Of a DNA stretch of 32,000 nt, positions 24,866 through 32,000 are shown piece after piece. The stretch covers positions 420,001-452,000 of the forward strand of contig AE017199.1 in assembly GCA_000008085.1 (NCBI GenBank), read 5' to 3'. Origin of the DNA: Nanoarchaeum equitans Kin4-M (GTDB lineage: Archaea; Nanobdellota; Nanobdellia; Nanobdellales; Nanoarchaeaceae). Within the stretch, counting starts at the first letter, position 1. Each line of letters opens with the position of its first letter. Under the pieces are notes generated by a model, which had not been told where the DNA came from, ran no database searches, and was given only the letters and a program-made list of their open reading frames with translations. A program made the position numbers and the translations under genes.

Positions 24866-25384
24866 ATGCGTGTATTTTTGGCTATAGATTTGCCTGAAGA
24901 ACTAAAAAACCAAATATACTCTTATTACAAAAAAGTTTCTAAAGCGGTTTATGGCAAGTTTGTCGAAAAGGAAAACTTACACATTACTTTAAAATTTATT
25001 GGAGAAGTATTAGACATAAATCCATTGATAGAAAGGTTAAATTATGTGAAATTCAAACCCTTTGAAGTAAAGGTAAAAGGATTGTCTGCTTTTCCTTCAA
25101 TAGAGAACCCAAGAGTTGTATGGGTTGGGGCACATTCTGTTTATTTAAACGATTTGGCAAACCAAATTAATAGGGTTTTAAAAAGCTATGAAAATTTTGT
25201 CGGCCATATAACTATAGTAAGAGTTAAAAGAGTATTAGACAAAAAATACCTTTTAGAGTTGGCTAAAAAATTTGATTTGGAATATAAATTTGTGGTCGAT
25301 AGATTTTATTTGTATAAATCAACCCTAACCCCAAATGGTCCAATATATGAAAAATTATACGAATTCAAATCGATTCAAGATTAA
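24866..25384 (+). CDS. thpR: RNA 2',3'-cyclic phosphodiesterase / 2'-5' RNA ligase family (ThpR/LigT, 2H phosphoesterase)
   Basis: MRVFLAIDLP, with two HxT/S motifs: LHITLKFIGE and GHITIVRVK. Confidence 0.85.
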   Translation: MRVFLAIDLPEELKNQIYSYYKKVSKAVYGKFVEKENLHITLKFIGEVLDINPLIERLNYVKFKPFEVKVKGLSAFPSIENPRVVWVGAHSVYLNDLANQINRVLKSYENFVGHITIVRVKRVLDKKYLLELAKKFDLEYKFVVDRFYLYKSTLTPNGPIYEKLYEFKSIQD

Positions 25385-25850
25385 TTTTCTTCACTATAAG
25401 GAAAGAGAATATTGTAGAAATAATAGCAATTATTATGGCTAAAATAAAGCCATGCTTTGTTTCCCATGGAGGGATAGCATTGACGAAGTTCATCCCATAG
25501 AGGCTTGTAACAAAAGTGGCGGGGGCAAAAGCTATAGAGATAAATGCCAACTTATTTAGATTTTCATTTATTCTTTTATTGATTACACTATCGTTTATAT
25601 CTAATATATAAAATAAATCTGACTTAAGTGTTAAAAGATAGCTTTTTAGTTTTTCCAACTCTTTTGTGTTTTCTCCAAACTCTATTAGTTTATTTATTTT
25701 TCTTAATAGAACATTGATCTCTTTTTTGGTTTCTAAAATTTCGTCTATATTTAATATACCATTTAATGCTTTGTCCTCTAACAAATCGATTTTTCTTTCT
25801 ATTTCAGCAATTTTTTCTCTAATTTCTATAAGTTCTCTTTTTCCAACCAT
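25365..25850 (-). CDS. CorA-like metal ion channel fragment: stalk helix plus GMN pore and two TM helices only (161 aa)
   Basis: The C-terminus (LAFISIAFAPATFVTSLYGMNFVNAIPPWETKHGFILAIIIAIISTIFSFLIV) contains the YGMN signature between two TM helices. The N-terminal about 100 aa is a coiled coil. The alpha/beta cytoplasmic domain is absent. Confidence 0.7.
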   Translation of the reverse strand: MVGKRELIEIREKIAEIERKIDLLEDKALNGILNIDEILETKKEINVLLRKINKLIEFGENTKELEKLKSYLLTLKSDLFYILDINDSVINKRINENLNKLAFISIAFAPATFVTSLYGMNFVNAIPPWETKHGFILAIIIAIISTIFSFLIVKKINLESI

Positions 25851-26086
25851 TCTTTTAGAGCTTTTTCTAATTTTTTGTCCTCCAAGCTAACCCATATAAA
25901 TAAAATACCTAAAGGTAAAACTGTTAAAAAGAACAATACTAAAAATGGATAAAGCATTATAGTAATTACATCCATTCCTATTTTATCCGCTATAGTCAAA
26001 GATATTTGATAATAATAATACAAAGCCACATAAGCTATTATTAATAAGGAGAGCCCAATTAAGAACTCTTTTTGATAGTCCTTCAC
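25826..26086 (-). CDS. Small membrane protein (86 aa, 2-3 TM helices)
   Basis: Hydrophobic helices (FLIGLSLLIIAYVALYYYY, ITIMLYPFLVLFFLTVLPLGILFIWV). GTG start; the TTTTTAAAT box ends at 26107 on the minus strand, putting +1 at 26087. It overlaps the CorA-like gene by 25 nt. Confidence 0.45.
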   Translation of the reverse strand: MKDYQKEFLIGLSLLIIAYVALYYYYQISLTIADKIGMDVITIMLYPFLVLFFLTVLPLGILFIWVSLEDKKLEKALKEWLEKENL

Positions 26087-26122
26087 AACAAATTCTTTTA
26101 AAAAATATTTAAAAATTTTGTA

Positions 26123-27190
26123 ATGATAACCCTAGTTGGGTATGAATTAATCGATGGCATTACTGGTAAAAACGATCCCATATTATTGAAAATCTATGTT
26201 TATTCGAATGAAAACAAATACATAGTTATTGACACCGATAGAACCAAATGGTTTGGGAACCTTCCAATTATAATAGAGCCCAAAGGTTTAAGAAACATAA
26301 CTATAAAAGCTGTTCCAAGGAAATGCTATAGCTTTTTTCCATTGTATATAAACGACCAAAAATATCTAATCCCAGTATATTGTAAAGAAGTAAAAAAAGA
26401 AGAAGAGAAAAAAGAGTATTACGATGTAAATGTTTCTATCAATGATACTATAAAGGTTTGTGTAAATGGCCAATTTAATAACCTAAAATATTTAGTTAGG
26501 ATTGATGATAGAAAGTATTCTGGTTTAATTCCTTTTCCAACTTGTTTGGAGTTTCCTAAAAATGAAAGCCCTGGGAAGCATAATGTTTATGTATCAATAC
26601 AAAATAGTAAAACAATAGAGAAAGAATTAACATACTATGTTAAACCCATATTCTTTTATACCATAAACTATAAACCAAAAATCGGGTTATTAAAAGAGGA
26701 AATAGAAATAATACTAAAAACCTATGGCAATACCAAAGGGAAAGTTGAATTTTGTGCAAAAGATTTGTGCATAAAAGGAGAATTCCCTCCAAATATAGAG
26801 AGAGTTTATAGAGTAAAATACGACTATAGCTTGTATTTTGCTATAGGCTTAATAGCAGGTTTGTCTTTGTTGGGATTGTATTATTATTTAAACAAAAAAA
26901 GAATAAAAGTTAACAAAAATTATACTTTGGAAGGCAATATAGTAAAAGTAACCTTAGAGATAACAAACAAATCCTTGTTTAGGGTTAAAGGCTATATTTT
27001 AGATCCTATTCCTAAGGATGCAGAAGTAGAGATATTAACTAACAACGCCAAAATAAAAGACATCGCCGGAAACAAATTTGTTTATGCGATATATGATTTA
27101 ATGCCTGGAGAAACATTAGTTATAGCTTATAAATTAAAAATGCCTTTCGAAATAACAGAAATCGATTTGCCAAAACCTATTGTTCTTTGA
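26123..27190 (+). CDS. Hypothetical single-pass membrane protein (355 aa)
   Basis: Long ORF whose ATG is exactly 20 nt after a TTTAAAA box ending at 26103. One central TM helix (LYFAIGLIAGLSLLGLYYYL) is flanked by beta-rich domains. No family recognised. Confidence 0.6.
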   Translation: MITLVGYELIDGITGKNDPILLKIYVYSNENKYIVIDTDRTKWFGNLPIIIEPKGLRNITIKAVPRKCYSFFPLYINDQKYLIPVYCKEVKKEEEKKEYYDVNVSINDTIKVCVNGQFNNLKYLVRIDDRKYSGLIPFPTCLEFPKNESPGKHNVYVSIQNSKTIEKELTYYVKPIFFYTINYKPKIGLLKEEIEIILKTYGNTKGKVEFCAKDLCIKGEFPPNIERVYRVKYDYSLYFAIGLIAGLSLLGLYYYLNKKRIKVNKNYTLEGNIVKVTLEITNKSLFRVKGYILDPIPKDAEVEILTNNAKIKDIAGNKFVYAIYDLMPGETLVIAYKLKMPFEITEIDLPKPIVL

Positions 27191-29789
27191 AAATTTTTTC
27201 CACATTTAATTTTCCTCCTTCAGATTTTTGTACAGCTATTCCATCTTCTCCCCAAATAAATTGGTATATGTTACCAAAAGTGTCTCTAACGGTTCTATCA
27301 TTTTCTACATATAGATCTCTTAATACTGAGACCAACCTTCTATATAGATAACCGCTCTTTGGTGTTCTTAAAGTTGTATCCATTAGTGCATCTTTACCAG
27401 ATGCAGCATGGAAGAAGAACTCTATTGGGTCTAACCCATCTGCAAAACCATGTTCTACAAAACCCCTAGCTTTTGCGCTTTTGTCCCCTTTCTTAAAGTG
27501 GGGCAATACCCTATCTTTATAACCTTCTTCCATTCTTCTTCCAGAAATTGATTGTTGGCCAACCAATCCTACAACTTGTATTAAGTTTAATAGCTTACCT
27601 CTTGCTCCAGATTTAGCTAAAATCATTGTACCTTTAGTTGGGTCTACATGTTTCTCTATTACCTCTCCAACTTCGTCTCTAGCTTTGTTTAGAACTTTCA
27701 ATATTTCTATTTCTAATGTTTCCTCTATAGTTCTACCAGGCAATGGTTTTATTTCTCCTTTTTTGTATCTCTCAATCAAATTATCTACTTCTTTTTTGGC
27801 TTTTTCAATAATTTTTCTTATTTGTTCTTTAACTTCTTTTGGAATATCGATATCGGAAAAACTAATAGTTAATTGCTCTCTAGTCAAATAATTAACAGAC
27901 AACCTGGTTACATCGCTAAGCCATTTGAATGTAAATTCAGGGCCATATCTTTCAAATAATTCTCTAATTAGTTTTCCCTTTTCTACACCAACTATTTCTT
28001 TGTCTATTACTCCTTTTAATAGTATGCCATTTTTTATAACAAATTCTCCATTTTTTGTTTTTATTTCGAAATCTAAATCATCTGGCAACAAAGCAGAAAA
28101 TACTTCTTTGCCAGTCAAATAATCTCTTCCCTCCTTTTTGGCTTTTTCTACTAGTTTTAATATTTTGTCTTTTCCAAAATATTTGCAATTGTATTCAATT
28201 AATTGTATTGCATCTTTGAAAGGAATTTTATCTTTTAAGGATAACAAATATAGCCCTGTAATTATGTCTTCTGTGGCTCCAATAATGGCTAACCCATACC
28301 TTGGAGTAACTATATGTTCTCTAACATTTGCTAAAAATTCTATTTCTGTTTTACCTTCGTAGTTTTGTACTAAATGGTAATTCATTTCATCTCCATCAAA
28401 ATCAGCATTGTATGGGGTAGTAGTTGCAGGGTTTAGCCTAAATGTTTTGCCTGGCAATATAACAGATCTATGCCCCATCATAGACATTTTATGCAAAGAT
28501 GGTTGTCTATTGAACAAAGCGTAATCGCCATTAATAATATGTCTCTCAACAACCCAACCTGGCTCTAATCTTTCGGCTAATTCTTCTTTATTTTCTTCCA
28601 TTATTTTGAATCTCCTACCATTGGGGTCTATAACATAGTTTGCCCCATCTAAAGATTCGGGTCCATTCAATACTTTTTGTTTTAGCCAATCCAAATTCCA
28701 TTCTGTTACTATTTCAGGGAATGTTAACTCTTTCGCTACTTGTTCTGGTACACCAACTTCGTCTATATCTATTCTTGGGTCTACACTAATTACTCCCCTC
28801 GCAGAAAAGTTAACTCTCTTTCCAGCTAAGTTTCTCCTTAGCCTACCTTCCTTTCCTTTTATTCTTTGTAACAAACCTTTTAATGGTCTCCCACTTCTAT
28901 GCCTAGCTTTTGGTACATTAGGTAATTCGTTATCGAAATAGGTAGCAACATGGTATTGAAGCATTTCCCAGTTTTCTTCTAAAATTGGCTCTGGTGCTCC
29001 ATAGGATAATAATTCTTCAATCCTATTATTAATCCTAACTATATCTGCTATTTTATGAGTTAAATCGTCTTCACTTCTTTCTCCGGTTTCTAATATTATA
29101 GATGGCCTAGCCGTAACTGGGGGCACTAATATAACAGTTAAAACTAGCCATTCTGGCCTTCCATTTATTATGCCAAACAATTTAGCATCTTCGTCTGGTA
29201 TTTTTTCTAACCATTGCCTTACATCTAAAGGAGTTAGTTTAACCCATTCTTCTTTATCGCCTATCTTTTCTTTTATATAGAAATACCATGGTTTTTCGAA
29301 TTTTATTTCTTTTAGTTCTGCATTACAGTATGGGCATTTCTTATGCTTTTTCCTGTATTCATTTATTTTCGGAATTACTGTGGATTGGATGAAATTGCTT
29401 AACTCATCATATTTGCCTTCATTAATATATTCGTTTATCTTTTTTAGGAATTGTTCTTTAAGCTTTTGAGGTATTATTGCTCTTCCACATTTTGGGCATG
29501 TGTATTGTAATAATCTTTTTATTTCGTTTAGGAATTTTACATGGTATACAGGGCGAGCCAATTCTATCCTACCAAAATGTCCTAAGCATTCACCATATTT
29601 GCCCCCACAGGTTTTACATCTTAAACCAGGGTCAATGACACCCATCCTAGGATCCATGGGGCCATTTTCTATTGGGAGACCATCCCTATCGTATGGCTCT
29701 GGTATTTTAACTTCAACAACAGACAGTTTCCTTATAACTTCTGGATCCAAAGGTCTAAGATCTATTAAACCTAACTTTTTTATTTCCAC
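27177..29789 (-). CDS. rpoA1: DNA-directed RNA polymerase subunit A' (Rpo1N)
   Basis: Zn site CKTCGGKYGECLGHFGRIELARPVYHV, plus RRNLAGKRVNFSARGVISVDP and the catalytic NADFDGDEMN. GTG start, 20 nt from the TTTAATT box ending at 29809. Confidence 0.97.
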   Translation of the reverse strand: MEIKKLGLIDLRPLDPEVIRKLSVVEVKIPEPYDRDGLPIENGPMDPRMGVIDPGLRCKTCGGKYGECLGHFGRIELARPVYHVKFLNEIKRLLQYTCPKCGRAIIPQKLKEQFLKKINEYINEGKYDELSNFIQSTVIPKINEYRKKHKKCPYCNAELKEIKFEKPWYFYIKEKIGDKEEWVKLTPLDVRQWLEKIPDEDAKLFGIINGRPEWLVLTVILVPPVTARPSIILETGERSEDDLTHKIADIVRINNRIEELLSYGAPEPILEENWEMLQYHVATYFDNELPNVPKARHRSGRPLKGLLQRIKGKEGRLRRNLAGKRVNFSARGVISVDPRIDIDEVGVPEQVAKELTFPEIVTEWNLDWLKQKVLNGPESLDGANYVIDPNGRRFKIMEENKEELAERLEPGWVVERHIINGDYALFNRQPSLHKMSMMGHRSVILPGKTFRLNPATTTPYNADFDGDEMNYHLVQNYEGKTEIEFLANVREHIVTPRYGLAIIGATEDIITGLYLLSLKDKIPFKDAIQLIEYNCKYFGKDKILKLVEKAKKEGRDYLTGKEVFSALLPDDLDFEIKTKNGEFVIKNGILLKGVIDKEIVGVEKGKLIRELFERYGPEFTFKWLSDVTRLSVNYLTREQLTISFSDIDIPKEVKEQIRKIIEKAKKEVDNLIERYKKGEIKPLPGRTIEETLEIEILKVLNKARDEVGEVIEKHVDPTKGTMILAKSGARGKLLNLIQVVGLVGQQSISGRRMEEGYKDRVLPHFKKGDKSAKARGFVEHGFADGLDPIEFFFHAASGKDALMDTTLRTPKSGYLYRRLVSVLRDLYVENDRTVRDTFGNIYQFIWGEDGIAVQKSEGGKLNVEKIFKEQ

Positions 29790-29824
29790 TCGAAAGTATT
29801 TATTAGGGAATTAAAGCCTTTCAT

Positions 29825-30592
29825 ATGAGAATTAGGTTGCCTTTGTATAAACCTATTAAAGAAGTGGCAGAAGATTATTATAACAAAGCCAAAAAAATTA
29901 AAGAAAAAATTGAAAGAGCCAAAGCTTTGTTAAATGAAGAACTAAAAAAAGAAGAAAGAAAAAAGAAAGAAATAAAAAAGGAATGGTTTATGAAGTATAG
30001 ATTTACTTTTACTGAAAGCGGTTTTTTAGTTATTGGAGGAAAGGATGCTAACCAAAATGAAAGAATAATGAAAGTTTATAGAAAGGATGGCGATTTGGTA
30101 TTCCATGCCGATATACATGGGGCACCATTCGCTTTAATGTTATTGAATAACCCCAATGCAGATAGCGTTGAAGAAGTTATAGAAAAATATAAAATAACGG
30201 AAACCGATTTAATGCAAGCAGCAGGTTTAAGTGCTGTATATTCTAAAGCATGGCAAGAAGGCTTAGCTTCGATAGATGTTTTCTATGTTTTGGGCAAGCA
30301 AATCTCTAAAAAAGCTCCTTCTGGAGAATATCTAAAGCATGGTTCCTTTATGGTTTATGGCAAAAAACATTATATTAGGGTGCCTTTGAGATTATACATA
30401 GTAGAAAAAGAAAAGGTCTATGCTGTGCCTTCCATTTATAATGGGGACAAATACATAGAATTAATTCCTGGCGATATTAAGAAAGAAAAGATAGCGAAAA
30501 AAATTGCAGAATTATTAAATGTTAGCGAAGATTACATAAAATCGCTTTTGCCTTCAGGTTATTTCAGAATTACCAAGATTAAAAATATTTGA
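29825..30592 (+). CDS. NFACT-R (DUF814) domain protein: C-terminal half of an Rqc2/FbpA/NEMF-type protein (255 aa)
   Basis: A coiled-coil N-terminus is followed by FLVIGGKDANQNERIMKVYRKDGDLVFHADIHGAPFALM, the DUF814/NFACT-R signature. The NFACT-N domain is not present in the ORF. Confidence 0.72.
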   Translation: MRIRLPLYKPIKEVAEDYYNKAKKIKEKIERAKALLNEELKKEERKKKEIKKEWFMKYRFTFTESGFLVIGGKDANQNERIMKVYRKDGDLVFHADIHGAPFALMLLNNPNADSVEEVIEKYKITETDLMQAAGLSAVYSKAWQEGLASIDVFYVLGKQISKKAPSGEYLKHGSFMVYGKKHYIRVPLRLYIVEKEKVYAVPSIYNGDKYIELIPGDIKKEKIAKKIAELLNVSEDYIKSLLPSGYFRITKIKNI

Positions 30593-32000
30593 TAGGCCAT
30601 TCTCTAATTTTATCTATGTCTTGGCCATACAAATCTCTTATATCATCTATTCCTAAAGCGATCATCGCTAATCTATTTATCCCAATACCGAAAGCTCCTA
30701 TTTTATGTTTTATACCAAAACTGTCTAATATTTGTTTTCTTAACATCCCTGCTCCAGCAACTTCTACCCAGCCCAATTTACTATGGTATGCATATACTTC
30801 TACGGATGGCTCCGTAAATGGGAAAAACGCAGGGAATAGTTTTATTTTCTCAAACCCTAATGCTTTTAGGATTTTTTCTATTTCTGTTTTTAATTGGGCC
30901 ATGTTTGAGCCAATAATTATTCCCTCTAATTGTTGAAACTCTATATGGTGGGTTTTGTCTATTGTATCTGGTCTCCAAACAGAGCCGATGTAAAAGTATT
31001 TGCCTTTCTCGTTATTTAGAATATCTCTTAAATTATATAAATTCCAAGCTGTAATTGCAGTATTTTGGCTTCTTAATATTGTTAGATGTGCTTCCTTTTC
31101 TAAATAGTTGCCAAAATATTGTAAATGTTTTTCTTTTACTTTTTCTTCTATGTCTTTTGGTACATCCAATTCGGGTTTTCCTTCTATTATAAAGGATTCT
31201 GCCAATTCTCTCGATGGATGGTCATAAGGAGTAAATAAAGCCTCGAAACACCAGAACATTGGGATTAATTCATATTCCATAGCATTTAGCTCTTTCCATC
31301 CGAGGTTTACCATTTTTTTCCTAACCCAATTTAAGTATTCTCTATAATAATGGGGCTTCCCTCCATAGTATTTTGGAAATTCCTTTATATTATAGGGAGC
31401 AATTGGCTTTTCTTTATATAATTTTTTCTGTAATACCTCTGTATCGATTTTATCTATTCCTTCTACAACATCTTTTGGAATTACTTCTATATAAAATCTT
31501 GTTTTGGTTTCTTCCTTTACTAAACCTCTTTTCTTTAAATAATCTAAATATTTGGTATCGATCTTTTTACCTAATTTTGCTTCTATTTCCTTTAAATTCG
31601 AAAGGTCTTTCTTTAACCCTTCGTTTATTGCTAATAATAAGGGTTCCCATGGGAATTCCTTTATCTCTCTCTTTAGTTTTATTTTCCCATCTTTTATTTC
31701 TATTAGATCTAAATTCTTTAATGCCCCAATTGCAATGGCTTTTTCTTCTTTGGTTAATGGTATTTGATCTAAAGGCAATTCCCCATGTAATTCTAATAAA
31801 GAATATAATTTTCTTTCAGGCAAATTCTTATAACTTTTTTTACCTTTTTCCGTTAAAACATAGTATGTATCTTTTTCTTCTTTAATTTTAACTAGGCCTT
31901 TTTGTTGCAAATTATATGCTATTTTTAGCAATTCTTCTTCATCCATCCCTAAAAGGTTCGCCAATTCATTAGAATACCCATTAATCAATTTTTTGTATAC
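30579..32000 (-). CDS. pheS: Phenylalanyl-tRNA synthetase alpha subunit (the 5' end may extend past the window edge)
   Basis: Class II catalytic core: FTPYDHPSRELAESF (motif 1 region), YFYIGSVWRPD, FFPFTEPSVEV (motif 2 region) and GAFGIGINRLAM (motif 3). The frame stays open from TTG 31988 to base 32000. Confidence 0.92.
   Translation of the reverse strand, partial: VYKKLINGYSNELANLLGMDEEELLKIAYNLQQKGLVKIKEEKDTYYVLTEKGKKSYKNLPERKLYSLLELHGELPLDQIPLTKEEKAIAIGALKNLDLIEIKDGKIKLKREIKEFPWEPLLLAINEGLKKDLSNLKEIEAKLGKKIDTKYLDYLKKRGLVKEETKTRFYIEVIPKDVVEGIDKIDTEVLQKKLYKEKPIAPYNIKEFPKYYGGKPHYYREYLNWVRKKMVNLGWKELNAMEYELIPMFWCFEALFTPYDHPSRELAESFIIEGKPELDVPKDIEEKVKEKHLQYFGNYLEKEAHLTILRSQNTAITAWNLYNLRDILNNEKGKYFYIGSVWRPDTIDKTHHIEFQQLEGIIIGSNMAQLKTEIEKILKALGFEKIKLFPAFFPFTEPSVEVYAYHSKLGWVEVAGAGMLRKQILDSFGIKHKIGAFGIGINRLAMIALGIDDIRDLYGQDIDKIREWPIKYF

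Overview
This window is a very gene-dense, AT-rich archaeal chromosome segment. The only GC-rich stretches are stable-RNA genes, as expected for an AT-rich hyperthermophile. Several features together point to Nanoarchaeota, most likely Nanoarchaeum equitans or a very close relative; this is recognition from memory, not a database search. They are an isolated 16S rRNA with changed 'universal' sites and no adjacent 23S, a separately encoded tRNA-Glu 5' half, tRNA genes whose promoter box sits a fixed 20 nt from mature position 1, truncated or split proteins, and scattered ribosomal-protein genes. I support about 36 CDS, mostly translation, transcription and RNA modification: FtsZ (partial), Cdc48, S4e, PheT, S19, S3, TFE, S15, L18e, TrxB, Kae1, an AmmeMemoRadiSam-type radical SAM enzyme, the TmcA ATPase half, aIF5B, ThpR, RpoA', an NFACT-R protein and PheS. 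One of them is a 53-aa four-CxxC zinc-ribbon protein that is missing from the ORF track. RNA genes are 16S rRNA, tRNA-Arg(CCU), tRNA-Val(CAC), a tRNA-Glu(UUC) 5' half, and a 60-nt H/ACA-like guide RNA candidate. The most interesting result is that the H/ACA-like hairpin has its own promoter box, an ACA box and a U-run. Its internal loop is complementary (5+6 bp around an unpaired UG) to a conserved site in the 16S rRNA of this same window. A second window-wide signal is a rigid promoter geometry: an A/T box ends 20 nt before +1 of the tRNAs and sRNA and before most start codons, implying leaderless mRNAs. In places one palindromic TATA box appears to serve two divergent units. I saw no CRISPR array, mobile element or convincing C/D-box sRNA.
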